From positions 92,659 through 156,658 of the forward strand of contig JAYKHS010000011.1 of assembly GCA_035285865.1 (NCBI GenBank): DNA of 64,000 bases. The letters are read 5' to 3'. Made by a program: the position numbers and the translations under genes. The first letter of the stretch is position 1, and each line of letters starts with the position of its first letter. Shown piece by piece: positions 47,659 through 57,803 of this stretch. Below the pieces are notes generated by a model. The model did no database searches, was not told where the DNA came from, and saw nothing but the letters and a program-made list of their open reading frames with translations. This DNA comes from Candidatus Sericytochromatia bacterium (GTDB lineage Bacteria; Cyanobacteriota; Sericytochromatia; S15B-MN24; VGJW01).

Positions 47659-50430
47659 TCATCGGACGGGAGCCACGGGCAGAGGCGCGAGGGCCTCGTC
47701 GAGGATGGCCCGGTGCTCCTTCTTGTGCTGCGAGGGACTGCCGGCTGCAGGGCTGGCCGATGCGGGCCGCGCCACGGGCCTCCAGGAGCGCCCGGCAAGG
47801 GCGTCGCCAAAGGCAAGCCTCAACCAAGGCCACGCGCCCATGTTCAAGGGCTCTTCCTGAACCCAGAGCACTTCGGCCTGTCGGGAGGCCTCGGCAAACA
47901 GGGCCGCAACCTCCTGGACAGGGAAGGGATGCAACTGCTCGACACGGATGATGGCGACCTCGTGCATGGCCTTGGCCTCGCGTTCATCCATGAGATCAAA
48001 GGCCACCTTGCCCGTGCAGAGCAGAATTCGGCGAGCCTTGGCAACGGGCACCTGGTCATCGGTCAGCACCCTGCGGAAAGTTCCGCCCGCGAAGTCTGCC
48101 ACCGTTCCCGTCGTGCGCCGGTGGCGCAGCAGGCTCTTGGGCGTGAAGACCACAAGCGGCTTGCGCCACGGCCGCAGAACCTGCCGCCGCAGGAGATGGA
48201 ACAACTGGGCCGCGGTCGTGGGGTAGGCGACCTGAAGGTTGTCCTGAGCCGAGAGCTGCAGAAAGCGCTCGATGCGCGCGCTCGAGTGCTCGGGTCCCAT
48301 GCCTTCGTAACCATGCGGCAACAGCATCACGAGGCCGTTGAGCAAGCCCCACTTGGCCTCGCCGCTGGTGATGAACTGATCGATATGGACCTGTGCGCAA
48401 TTCGCGAAGTCTCCGAACTGGGCCTCCCACGCCACGAGACCGCGAGGAGTCTCCAGCGCATAGCCGTACTCGAAGCCGACCACGCCCATCTCGGACAGCG
48501 GACTGTTGTGAATGGCGACGGGCCCCTGCGCATCCGCGAGGTGTTGCAGGCTATTGTGGCGCCTGCCATCCCTGACGTCCGTCAGAACGGCGTGACGGTG
48601 GCTGAACGTCCCGCGACCGCAATCCTGGCCCGTCAAGCGCACCGGATGGCCCGCGACGGCCAGACTGGCAAAGGCCATCGCCTCGCCCGCCGCCCAATCT
48701 AGGGGCTCATCCCCGGTCGCCATCCTGCGACGCTGCTCAAGGATGCGCTCCACCTTGGGGTGAGGGGTGAACCCTTCCGGCATGGTGGCCCAGGCCGTCA
48801 GGAGCCGCTCCAGATCGGTGGAAGCAAGGCTCGTGTCCACATCGGGGGCCTCGGCTTCGGGCCCACCGACCACACCGACCCAGTCACCTTCCGCTTCGTG
48901 GACCCCGGGCTTGCCTTCCGGTGAGCGGGCGAGCGCAAGCTGCCCCTCGAGCGCATCGCGAGCCGCGGTAACCATGCCATCCACCTCGGCTCGCGTCAGC
49001 ACACCAGCGGCAACGAGGGCGTCTCCCTGTGCCACGTGCAGCGGTGCCCGCGCATCGATGGCCGCATACATCGCAGGCTGCGTGAAACGGGGTTCGTCAC
49101 CCTCGTTGTGTCCACGCCGGCGATAACCGACGAGGTCCACCACGACATCCCCCCCGAATCGGGCGCGGTAATCGACGGCCAGAGACAGAACCTGCATGAC
49201 CGCAGCGGGATCCTCGGCCGAGACGTGGAATATCGGGGCATCCAGCATCCGGGCGACATCCGTCGCATACTCGCCGGAGCGCGCCTCATGCCAGGAGGTG
49301 GTGAATCCGACCTGATTGTTCACGACGAGATGCAGCGAGCCGCCGGAAGCGTAGGCCGGCAGGCGAGAAAGATTCAGCGTTTCCTGGGCAATGCCTTCAC
49401 CGATGAAGGCGGCATCTCCGTGAATGATGACGGCCATGGCATCCGTACCCCGGTGATCCCGAAGAGCCCGGGCACGCCCCATGGCCACCGGGCCAACGAA
49501 CTCCAGATGGCTGGGATTGAAGCAGAGCGAAACCTCGACCGGGTCCGCTCCGGTGACGTCCCACGAGCGATGCCAGCCCAGATGGTACTTGACGTCCGCA
49601 TGCCCGGGATAATCCCCGTCGGTATCCTCGAACTCACGGAAGATACGCGCAGCCGGCTTGCCGGCAATGTGCGTCAGCACGTTGAGGCGTCCACGATGGG
49701 CCATGCCGATGACCAGATGCCGCGTGCCAGCAAGCCCCGCCCGCTGGATCAGGTGCTCCAGTGCCGGGATGAGAGTTTCGGAACCCTCGAGCGAGAAGCT
49801 CTTGGCCCCGAGAAACTTCTTCTGGATGAAATCCTCGAATACGGCAGCACGCGTCAAGGCATCAAGGACAGACCGCTGACCGGCATTATCGAGCGGGGCC
49901 AGAAGGCGTCCACGCTCGACCTCACGGACCAGCCATTCTCTGGAGTCCACTGCATCGATATGGCCAACCTGAACCGCCACGCGACCCGCCCATGTCCGGC
50001 GAAGCCAATCGAGGAACGCCTGACCACCGGCGAGCCCGGCAGGAAGGCCGATCCCATCGGGCACGGGACCCGCCATTTCCTCAGGCGAGAGGCCGTGCCA
50101 AGCGGGCTCGAGTTCGGGAACCGGCCCCCGTGGAGTCCCGAGCGGATCCAGCGGAACCGCCCGATGGCCGTGTCGGCGGTAAGCATCCACAAGGCGGACC
50201 AATCCCGGACGCGACGTCCCCTCGGCAACGCCGCTGCCCCCGAACAACGGGCCCGCAACGGCAGCCGGACCGACACGCGTCGGATGCTCGGCGTGGGCCG
50301 CCGCGAAGGTGGCGCGCCAATCGGGAGCCACGGACTCCGGGTCGGACAGCCAATCGGCGTAGAGACCCTCGACGTAAGCCAGGCTCTGGGGATCAGGAAA
50401 CGAGTTCGAGTTGGACACGGTCATCCGCAC
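47659..50430 (-). CDS. sucA: 2-oxoglutarate dehydrogenase E1 component
   Basis: 923 aa with a typical SucA N-terminus ([18 protein letters not shown]). ThDP-binding region [18 protein letters not shown]. Also [11 protein letters not shown] and [17 protein letters not shown]. Confidence 0.95.
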   Translation of the reverse strand: MRMTVSNSNSFPDPQSLAYVEGLYADWLSDPESVAPDWRATFAAAHAEHPTRVGPAAVAGPLFGGSGVAEGTSRPGLVRLVDAYRRHGHRAVPLDPLGTPRGPVPELEPAWHGLSPEEMAGPVPDGIGLPAGLAGGQAFLDWLRRTWAGRVAVQVGHIDAVDSREWLVREVERGRLLAPLDNAGQRSVLDALTRAAVFEDFIQKKFLGAKSFSLEGSETLIPALEHLIQRAGLAGTRHLVIGMAHRGRLNVLTHIAGKPAARIFREFEDTDGDYPGHADVKYHLGWHRSWDVTGADPVEVSLCFNPSHLEFVGPVAMGRARALRDHRGTDAMAVIIHGDAAFIGEGIAQETLNLSRLPAYASGGSLHLVVNNQVGFTTSWHEARSGEYATDVARMLDAPIFHVSAEDPAAVMQVLSLAVDYRARFGGDVVVDLVGYRRRGHNEGDEPRFTQPAMYAAIDARAPLHVAQGDALVAAGVLTRAEVDGMVTAARDALEGQLALARSPEGKPGVHEAEGDWVGVVGGPEAEAPDVDTSLASTDLERLLTAWATMPEGFTPHPKVERILEQRRRMATGDEPLDWAAGEAMAFASLAVAGHPVRLTGQDCGRGTFSHRHAVLTDVRDGRRHNSLQHLADAQGPVAIHNSPLSEMGVVGFEYGYALETPRGLVAWEAQFGDFANCAQVHIDQFITSGEAKWGLLNGLVMLLPHGYEGMGPEHSSARIERFLQLSAQDNLQVAYPTTAAQLFHLLRRQVLRPWRKPLVVFTPKSLLRHRRTTGTVADFAGGTFRRVLTDDQVPVAKARRILLCTGKVAFDLMDEREAKAMHEVAIIRVEQLHPFPVQEVAALFAEASRQAEVLWVQEEPLNMGAWPWLRLAFGDALAGRSWRPVARPASASPAAGSPSQHKKEHRAILDEALAPLPVAPVR

Positions 50431-50510
50431 CTTCGGGGAGGATGTGACGCCCTATTGTAGCCTGACGGCTTCACACGGGCCATCATGCGCCACGCTGCGA
50501 GGGCGACCGC

Positions 50511-53500
50511 TCAGTCCCCGGCGACCAGAGCAGCTCCCGGTACCGGTGTGGCCACGGAATTCTCGGCGACTACAGTCGCCCTTCGGCCTCGGCCGAGGAG
50601 CCTGCCGGTACCTCCCTTGAGGTCGTCCAGCAAAGTGTAGAAGACGGGCACGACGAGCAAGGTCAGGAACGTCGAAGTGACCAGACCACCAATGACCACC
50701 ACCGCCATCGGCGAACGGAACTCGGAACCGGCACCGAGGCCAAGCGCCATCGGGAGCATGCCAAGCACCATCGCGGCCGTGGTCATGAGGATGGGCCGCA
50801 ACCGAACCTTGGCTGCCTCGATGACGGCATCCGTGCGCGTGCTCCCCCGCTCCCTCATGGTCAGCGTGAAATCGATGATCAAGATGGCGTTCTTCGTGAC
50901 GATGCCCATCAGCATGATGATGCCGATGAGCGCCATCATGCCGAGATCCTTGCCGAAGACCAGAAGACCGAGAAACGCCCCGATGATCGAAAGCGGCAAA
51001 GAGATCATGATGGTCAGCGGGTGCAGGAACGATCCGAACTGCAAGGCCAGGATGAAGTAGATCAGGATGATGCCCATCAGGATGGCTTGGCCGAATCCCG
51101 AGAAGGAATCCTGCTGCTGCTTGGCCTGACCGTCCATGTCGGCAACTACGGTCGGCGGCAGCTCGAGCTTCGGCAGCAACTCGTTGCGAATCAGATCCGT
51201 CGCGGTGCCGACCGTCGTGCCGGGGACCAGATTGGCCGTCACGTGGACCAGCCGCTGACGATTCTTGTGCTCGATCTGCGAGAATCCGCCACCGAAGGTG
51301 ACCTCGGCAAGGCTGGACAACGGCACCGCCCCGCGCGGGGTCGTGACGGAGAGATTGCGAATCCCGTCGAGGTCCCTGCGGTAACGATCCGAGAGGCGCA
51401 CCCACACATCCACCTCATTCGGACCAAACGTGATGGTGCTCGGCGTCTCGCCACTGGTCGCCAGACGCAGCGTGAGCGCCAATTGGGACGCCGTGACGCC
51501 GTACTGGGCCATGCGCTCGCGATCGGGCACGAGGCGAATCTCGGGCTTCTCGTCCCCGAGGGAGGACTCGAGATCCGCGAAGATGGTCTTGTCGGCCATC
51601 AGCGCCACGAGCCTTGAAGAGTACTGACGCAGCTCCTCGAGGTTGTCACCCTGAAGCTGGACGTCCACGGGCTTGTTGTTGCCGGGCACCAGGCTGAACT
51701 CATCGGCAAGAACCTTGTAGCCCGCCGTGCCCGCGAACTCCTCACGCACCCGCTTCGCCAGCTGGGCATCGGAGATGGACCGCTCCTCCTTGGGCACCAT
51801 CAGGATGGACAAGCGGGCATCGTCGACGGTGCCGTAGTTGCCGATGGTCGTCAGCACGTGCGCCACCTCGGGATGTGCTTTGACCTTTGACGCCACGGAA
51901 TTCGCCACGCGGGTGGTTTCCGCGAGCGGAGACCCCTTGGGCAACTGGACGCGTAGCAGGAACTCGCCGCGATCGGCGTTGGTCAGGAAGGTCTTCTGGA
52001 TGAACTGCGTCAGGCTCAGGCCCCCGAAGAAGGTCACGCCGGCCAGAACCAGCACCAGACCGCGATGTTCGAGGCCCCAGCGGAGCATGTGTCCATAGCT
52101 GCGCTCCATGGAGCTCTCCCCTCCATGAATGCTCTGGTCCTTGGGCGCCACTTTGAGCAGGTACGCCGACATCATGGGTGTAAGGGTCCGTGCGATCAGG
52201 AGGGAGAAGGCCACGGCAAAGGTCACCGTCAGGCCGAAGCTCTGGAAAAACCTCCCGATGAAGCCGGACATGAACGACATCGGCAGGAAGACACCGATGA
52301 TCGTCATGGTGGTCGCCGTGACGGCCAGCTGGATCTCCCCCGTCGCGTTGATCGCGGCGCGGATCGGCTCTTCCCCGAGCTCCATGTGGCGGTAGATGTT
52401 CTCGAGATCGACAACCGCATCGTCGACGAGAATGCCTACGACGAGCGACAGGGCCAGGGTCGTCAGGTTGTTGAAGGTGAAGCCCATCAGGTACATCGGG
52501 ATGAACGCGGCGATGATCGACAGCGGGATGGCCAGCCCGCTGATCAGCATGGCTGGCACGTTGCGCAGGAACACGTAGAGCACCAGCACCGCCAGGACCG
52601 CACCGATGGCCAGGTGCTCCCAGACGGCCGCATTCGACATCTTCACGAACTTCGTCGTGTCCTGGGCCTTGGTGATCGTCAGGCCTTTGGGCAACGTGTC
52701 GCGAAGGGCGGCCATGCGGGTATCGAGGGCACCCACCATCTCGACGGCGTTGGCATCCGTCTGCTTGGTCACGGAGAGGATGACGGCCTGGGCACCGTCC
52801 ACGGAGGCATAAGTCGTCCGATCCTTGCTGGTCTGCCGGACCGAGCCGAGGTCACGAAGCCGGACCTGCCCGCCCGCAGGCGTATTGACCACCATCCCGG
52901 ACAGGTCTTCGACATCGGCGAACTTGCCCATCGTCCGAATGTTGTATTGACGCGGAGACCCCTCCACGACGCCTCCGGGCAAGTTGTAGTTCTCGGCCTG
53001 GATGGTCTGGAAGACGCCCGGCAGCGACAGACCATAGGCCTGCAGGCGCTCCGGCTCGAGCGCCACCTCGACGGCCGGTTCGACGTTGCCCGAGAGCAGG
53101 ATCTGGGCCACGCCCGGCACCTGCTCGAGGCGCGGCTTGAGCGTGTCCTTGACCCAGGTGGACAGGGCCATGTCGGACATGCCGGGAGCCGAAACTGCAT
53201 AGCTGACAATCGGCGTCGAACTGAAAGAGAAGGTCGAGAAGCTGGGGGGCTTCGCATCCTTGGGCAACTTGTACTGGACGGCGGAAATCTTGTCGCGAAT
53301 GTCCGAGGCCGCCTCTTTCGAGGAGGTCCCCAGCTTGAGCGTCACGATGACGGTCGAGAGGCCGTCCTTGGATTGTGAGGACAGCGTATCGAGCCCATTG
53401 ATGCCGCCCACTGCGTCCTCGATGGGCTTGGTCACCAACGTCTCGACCTCGGACGGAGCCGCACCGGGGTAGACGGTGTTGACGACGACGACGGGGAATT

Positions 53501-53672
53501 CGATGTTCGGGAAGAGCTCCAGAGGCATCTTCATGAACGAAGCAAGGCCACCGATGACAAGCATCACCATCAGGATGATCGTGGTGACAGGATTCCTGAT
53601 GAAGAACGTGGAGAAGTTGAAGCCGGTCGGCTCTTCTCCGACACGGTCGCCTTGCTGGTCGCTCATCGACAT
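50511..53672 (-). CDS. RND-family efflux transporter, inner-membrane permease (AcrB-like)
   Basis: 1053 aa. FFIRNPVTTIILMVMLVIGG at the N-terminus. Two large periplasmic loops and a 12-TM layout typical of the HAE1 family. Confidence 0.95.
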   Translation of the reverse strand: MSMSDQQGDRVGEEPTGFNFSTFFIRNPVTTIILMVMLVIGGLASFMKMPLELFPNIEFPVVVVNTVYPGAAPSEVETLVTKPIEDAVGGINGLDTLSSQSKDGLSTVIVTLKLGTSSKEAASDIRDKISAVQYKLPKDAKPPSFSTFSFSSTPIVSYAVSAPGMSDMALSTWVKDTLKPRLEQVPGVAQILLSGNVEPAVEVALEPERLQAYGLSLPGVFQTIQAENYNLPGGVVEGSPRQYNIRTMGKFADVEDLSGMVVNTPAGGQVRLRDLGSVRQTSKDRTTYASVDGAQAVILSVTKQTDANAVEMVGALDTRMAALRDTLPKGLTITKAQDTTKFVKMSNAAVWEHLAIGAVLAVLVLYVFLRNVPAMLISGLAIPLSIIAAFIPMYLMGFTFNNLTTLALSLVVGILVDDAVVDLENIYRHMELGEEPIRAAINATGEIQLAVTATTMTIIGVFLPMSFMSGFIGRFFQSFGLTVTFAVAFSLLIARTLTPMMSAYLLKVAPKDQSIHGGESSMERSYGHMLRWGLEHRGLVLVLAGVTFFGGLSLTQFIQKTFLTNADRGEFLLRVQLPKGSPLAETTRVANSVASKVKAHPEVAHVLTTIGNYGTVDDARLSILMVPKEERSISDAQLAKRVREEFAGTAGYKVLADEFSLVPGNNKPVDVQLQGDNLEELRQYSSRLVALMADKTIFADLESSLGDEKPEIRLVPDRERMAQYGVTASQLALTLRLATSGETPSTITFGPNEVDVWVRLSDRYRRDLDGIRNLSVTTPRGAVPLSSLAEVTFGGGFSQIEHKNRQRLVHVTANLVPGTTVGTATDLIRNELLPKLELPPTVVADMDGQAKQQQDSFSGFGQAILMGIILIYFILALQFGSFLHPLTIMISLPLSIIGAFLGLLVFGKDLGMMALIGIIMLMGIVTKNAILIIDFTLTMRERGSTRTDAVIEAAKVRLRPILMTTAAMVLGMLPMALGLGAGSEFRSPMAVVVIGGLVTSTFLTLLVVPVFYTLLDDLKGGTGRLLGRGRRATVVAENSVATPVPGAALVAGD

Positions 53673-53675
53673 GCT

Positions 53676-54758
53676 CTACCCTCCGGCCTTGATCGTCAGG
53701 GAGTCACCATCCTTGACGAAGGCTGCCCCGTCCGCGACCACCCTTGCCCCTCGAGCGAGGCCCGAAAGCACCTCGACCCGCGCAGCTTCACGAAGGCCGG
53801 TGCGCACGGGCGTGCGGACCGCCCGGCTGCCATCGGCAACATAGACCACCTGTTCCGCGCCGTCGGTCTGCACGGCCGACGTCGGGACGACCAGACCCTG
53901 ATGCGTGCCCGCCGCGAGTACACCCACGACGTTCATGCCGACCCGCAGACGCCCGGTGCGTTCCAGCGCGACCTTGGCGGAGATGAGCCGTGATTGCGGA
54001 TCGACGACCTGGGCAATGTCCAGGATCCTGCCCCGGAAGACCTCGCCGGGCAGGGCCACGGAGGTTACGGTCACGGGCGCCCCCTCGCGCACCAGAGCAA
54101 GGTCGCGCTCCGAGAAGGCGAGTTTCGCCTGGAAACCGTCTGCCCGAGCGAGCGTGAAGAGTGGCGTGGAAGGGCCGGCCATCGCACCGACCTCCACCTG
54201 ACGCTGGAGCACGATGCCCTCGATGGGGCTGGTGACGACGGCATTCGCCTGCGTTGTCTCGAGCAGGCGGATGGAAGCCCGCGCCTGCCGAACCTGACTG
54301 TCGTTGAGCCGGACGCTGCCCTCGGCAGAGCGCAGCTGCTGGTCGCTGGCGACGTCCTGCTCCCGCAGCTCCTTGACCCGTCGCAGGTTGTCGCGAGCCA
54401 GCTCCAGGTTGGCCTCGGCCGCAGCAAGGGCACTGCGTCCCTGCTGCAACTGCCAGGCCATTTCCGGAACATCAAGGCGGGCAAGGACCTGACCCTTCCG
54501 CACGCGCGCACCCTCTTCCGCCCCCAGATCGAGCACGCGACCGGAGGACTTGGGGATGATGGTGACCTGCGCCTTGGGGATGACCGTGCCGGACAACTCC
54601 AGACGTCGGGACATCTGCTCGGTGCGGGCCGCCTCAACGGTCACCGCGACGGGTTTGCGCACGGAAGAGGTCGCCTTGGACGCCGGAGCAGCCCCCTTCT
54701 GGCAAGCGACCAACACCGTCGCGCACAGGGCAAGGGAAGCGATGGCCACGAGTCTCAC
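53676..54758 (-). CDS. RND efflux periplasmic adaptor (MFP) lipoprotein
   Basis: Lipobox VLVAC. Lipoyl/hairpin pattern GRVLDLGAEEGARVRKGQVLARLD...coiled coil...SPIEGIVLQRQVEVG. It is 3 nt upstream of the RND gene. Confidence 0.9.
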   Translation of the reverse strand: MRLVAIASLALCATVLVACQKGAAPASKATSSVRKPVAVTVEAARTEQMSRRLELSGTVIPKAQVTIIPKSSGRVLDLGAEEGARVRKGQVLARLDVPEMAWQLQQGRSALAAAEANLELARDNLRRVKELREQDVASDQQLRSAEGSVRLNDSQVRQARASIRLLETTQANAVVTSPIEGIVLQRQVEVGAMAGPSTPLFTLARADGFQAKLAFSERDLALVREGAPVTVTSVALPGEVFRGRILDIAQVVDPQSRLISAKVALERTGRLRVGMNVVGVLAAGTHQGLVVPTSAVQTDGAEQVVYVADGSRAVRTPVRTGLREAARVEVLSGLARGARVVADGAAFVKDGDSLTIKAGG

Positions 54759-56227
54759 GGGCGTCCTCCGGTCGAAGCAAGGCCGACGCCCGTCGCCACG
54801 AAAGCAACCGGGTCGAGGCCCAAGGATTGAGCGAGACGCAACTCGGCCGCGAGCGCGTCGTAATGAGCCTGGACGGAGCCGGTCCGCGCCTGGGTCAAGG
54901 CCGTCTGGGCGTCAATGACCTCATAACCGGTCCCGACGCCCGCCTTGAAGCGCACGTCGGACAGACGCTGTGCCTCAGCCGCCACGGCCAGCCCCGATTT
55001 CGCGATGCGCACCCTGTCGCGAGCCTCCTGACGACCCAGCCAGGCCGCCGTGATGTCCGTCGACAGTGCACGCCGCAACTGCGTGAGCTGCAGGTCCGTC
55101 TGCACCAGATCAAGGCGACCGGAGGCCACCTTGGAGGCGTTGCGCCCCCAGTCGACCAGCGGCACTTGAAGAGACGCCGAGACATTGAGCGACCGCCCGG
55201 TTGCCAGGCCCAGCTGCGTGTAACTGGCCGAGCCGATAACCTTGGGATACACGCTGGTCTCGGCGAGCGTGAGGTTGGCTTCGTCCATCCGGCGCTTGGC
55301 CATCAGCGTCTGGATTTCGGAGCGAAGCTCGACTGCCGGACCCAGATCCCGACCAGGCTCGAACGCAACTTGCGGCAAGACAGGCTGGGCCTCCAACGGA
55401 CGCTGACCAAGCGGCTCACCCAGCGCGGTGCCCAGTGCCAGACGCGCCAGCTCGAGACCACCCGAGGCGGCACGAAGCTGGCCCTCCACGGTAGCCAGAC
55501 GACTCTGGGCCTGCAGAACCTCGAATCGGGTTCCCGTCCCGGCCCGGAACCTGCGCTCTGCGGATTCGACGTGGCTCTGGGCCTGACGCTGAGCCTGCAC
55601 CGCGACCTCGAGGAGAGAGGATGCCCTGAGAACCTGCAGGAAACCGTTTGCCGCATCATATCCGGCCTTGCGCAACTGGGCACGACGGTCCTCTTCGCCC
55701 ATGGCTACGGAAGCCTCGGCAAGGCGGAGGCCCGCACTCGTCTGGAAACCGTCGAAGAGTACCTGACTGACGTTGAGTCCCGAGGTCATCAGCATGAACG
55801 GAGCGTCGGTCACTGCACCGAAACCGCCCAACCCGCCGAGTCCTCCAAGGCCACCCATGCCGAGTCCCCCACCCAGACCACCGGCCCCCACGCCGCCCTG
55901 CGCTCCACCCGGACCGCCGAGGCCGCCAGCCCCGCCGAATCCGAAACCGCCCAACCCTATGGCATTGCTGTCCACCTGCTTGAACATGAGGCCGGATGCG
56001 TTGGCACTGATTTGAGGATAAAGCCCCGCATAGGTCTGGGTGATCAGCTCCCGGGCCTGAGCCACCTTGGCATCGGCGACAGCGACGGAGAGCGCACGGG
56101 CACGCGCGGAGGCCACAGCCTCCGCCAGCGTCAGCGGGGCGGACGCCGGAGCGGACACCTCGGCACGAACCTCGGCGGCACCAAAGAGCACCAGCAAGCT
56201 AGCCAGCAAGGATGCCTGACGCGTCAT
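54755..56227 (-). CDS. TolC-family outer-membrane efflux protein with Gly-rich insertion
   Basis: Signal peptide ...FGAAEVRA. Two TolC-like helical repeats (LTLAEAVASA..., LQLTQLRRAL...YDALAAELRLAQSLG). 4-nt overlaps with both neighbours. Confidence 0.85.
   Translation of the reverse strand: MTRQASLLASLLVLFGAAEVRAEVSAPASAPLTLAEAVASARARALSVAVADAKVAQARELITQTYAGLYPQISANASGLMFKQVDSNAIGLGGFGFGGAGGLGGPGGAQGGVGAGGLGGGLGMGGLGGLGGLGGFGAVTDAPFMLMTSGLNVSQVLFDGFQTSAGLRLAEASVAMGEEDRRAQLRKAGYDAANGFLQVLRASSLLEVAVQAQRQAQSHVESAERRFRAGTGTRFEVLQAQSRLATVEGQLRAASGGLELARLALGTALGEPLGQRPLEAQPVLPQVAFEPGRDLGPAVELRSEIQTLMAKRRMDEANLTLAETSVYPKVIGSASYTQLGLATGRSLNVSASLQVPLVDWGRNASKVASGRLDLVQTDLQLTQLRRALSTDITAAWLGRQEARDRVRIAKSGLAVAAEAQRLSDVRFKAGVGTGYEVIDAQTALTQARTGSVQAHYDALAAELRLAQSLGLDPVAFVATGVGLASTGGRP
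55817..55957 (-). repeat. low-complexity Gly-rich coding insert (aa 91-137 of the TolC-like protein)
   Basis: GLGGFGFGGAGGLGGPGGAQGGVGAGGLGGGLGMGGLGGLGGLGGFG is read directly from the ORF translation. Confidence 0.85.
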
Positions 56228-57294
56228 CGGCCACCCCGGTCCGGTCGGTAGGCGACACCGATCCGATAGTCCTGGACAGCTTCGGAGAGCGCGCTGCTGG
56301 CCCCGAAGCGCCGCATGGCGACGAGTTCGAGATCGAGGGAGGACTGCAAGGGCAAGGCAAGGGTCGCCTGCACGGTGGCCGGCTTGAACTCCGTGACGGC
56401 ATAGGGCGCAGCGGGCATGCCGACGGACTGAAGAACGGCGTAGCTCGCACCCGCACGCAGGGTAGCACCGAAGAGCACCGTTCCGGCATCCAGGCCCAAG
56501 CCGAGCCCCTGCCTGTTCTGGCTGAAGTCCATCGCCGTGCCGGTCCAGGGGACGCCGGCATTGCTAGCCTGCGTGTAGAGTCCCGTCCATACGAGCGAGG
56601 GTGACCATTCGAAGGCGGCGTCGCCGAAGACCGGACCCGCGGACAGACTGATGACCGTCTCCTCCACCGAGGGTTGCGGCTCGGGCTGCACGAGCAGACC
56701 GCCCACGTTGATCTTGGTCTTCACCCGGCTGGTCGCGAGACCGACGAGGAACTGGCCGAGGCGGACCTGGCCGCCGGCATCCAACATGTTGAGCGTCGTG
56801 CCCGACACGCTGCGCGCGGGTCGTGCACCTTCTCCATCCCGCAGCACCGTCCACTGCCGCGCCGAAAGACCAAGACCGAGGCGCGTCGGAAAGGCCTGCA
56901 CAGGCACCTCCTGCTCGGAGACGACGCCGTCGCGGGCCGGAGTCACGAACGCCGCCTCGTAGACAGGGACAGGCTCGAGCACGATGCGGCGATCACCTGC
57001 GGCTTCGACCTCCCGCGTCACGAAGCCGGGCGCGGAAACCACGAGCACGGCCAGCGGGATGCCGGGAAGGTCCAGCAGGAAGCGCCCCTCGACGTCCGTC
57101 ACGGCAAGACCGACGTGCCCACGGACCGATACCAGCGCAGAGGGAATCGGCCGACCTGCCGGGTCGAGGACCTGCCCCGACAGTTGCTGCCGCGCCGAGG
57201 CCGCCGGCGCGGCAGCAGCGGGAAGAGCCGCCGCAGGCAACGCAACGGCAACCAACGCCAGGCCAAGGCTGCGAAGCACGACTGACAACGCCAT
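56224..57294 (-). CDS. secreted CarboxypepD_reg-like domain + putative outer-membrane beta-barrel protein
   Basis: Start is the internal ATG 57292-57294. Signal peptide ends ...[30 protein letters not shown]...TDVEGRFLL is CarboxypepD_reg-like. Alternating-hydrophobic beta strands run to the C-terminus (YRIGVAYRP). Confidence 0.55.
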   Translation of the reverse strand: MALSVVLRSLGLALVAVALPAAALPAAAAPAASARQQLSGQVLDPAGRPIPSALVSVRGHVGLAVTDVEGRFLLDLPGIPLAVLVVSAPGFVTREVEAAGDRRIVLEPVPVYEAAFVTPARDGVVSEQEVPVQAFPTRLGLGLSARQWTVLRDGEGARPARSVSGTTLNMLDAGGQVRLGQFLVGLATSRVKTKINVGGLLVQPEPQPSVEETVISLSAGPVFGDAAFEWSPSLVWTGLYTQASNAGVPWTGTAMDFSQNRQGLGLGLDAGTVLFGATLRAGASYAVLQSVGMPAAPYAVTEFKPATVQATLALPLQSSLDLELVAMRRFGASSALSEAVQDYRIGVAYRPDRGGR

Positions 57295-57716
57295 CACTGC
57301 ACCACCCTGACGCTCACGGAGGCGTCGACGATATCCACGAGGTCGCCGTCGACGACAACCGCCCACTTCAGACGCTCGGCCCGGGTCGGAGCCTGTACCG
57401 GCGTGACGGGGACGAAGTCGAGTTGCGTGTCCGACAGCCGTGTCAGTGGCGTGGCCAACCCTCCGACGAGCAGCTTGAGACTCCGCGCCCGCGTCCAGCG
57501 CTCCGGCAAGGAAGATGCGCCGTCTGCCTGCAACAGACCACGGGCCGTCGTACCCGAAGCAGCCACGGTGTAGGTGACCGTGACCGTGACCGGCACGGCA
57601 CCGTCATTGAGGGTCGCCGTCAGGGGCAGAGGGCTGTCACAGCCTGCCAGCAGCACCGCTGCTGCCAGACACTCTCGAATGCGTAACAAGGCGTGACCTC
57701 GACAAGAAGGAAACAT
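57294..57716 (-). CDS. small lipoprotein, first gene of the efflux operon
   Basis: Lipobox VLLAGC, beta-rich, 140 aa. Its stop overlaps the next start by 1 nt (TGATG). Confidence 0.5.
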   Translation of the reverse strand: MFPSCRGHALLRIRECLAAAVLLAGCDSPLPLTATLNDGAVPVTVTVTYTVAASGTTARGLLQADGASSLPERWTRARSLKLLVGGLATPLTRLSDTQLDFVPVTPVQAPTRAERLKWAVVVDGDLVDIVDASVSVRVVQ

Positions 57717-57803
57717 CGACCCCCATTGTCGAGAGTCTGTCTAGATTTACAGTACGGTAGCCACTTTGCAGAAAGTTTGCAACCGCAGCAAAGGGACCCG
57801 CTG

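Noticed and set aside
47615-47833. N-terminal extension of sucB (track start 47833)
   Set aside because: It would overlap the sucA 3' end by 175 nt. The lipoyl domain begins right after ATG 47614.
49036-50460. 474-aa plus-strand ORF inside sucA
   Set aside because: It is antisense to a gene with clear family signatures and has no motifs of its own. The same applies to 45204..46265, 46529..47635, 52065..53378, 54827..56251, 62395..63873, 13112..14260, 15908..17164, 4729..5907, 37014..37973, 37983..39014, 24747..25931, 26707..27450, 27502..28629 and 34960..36219.
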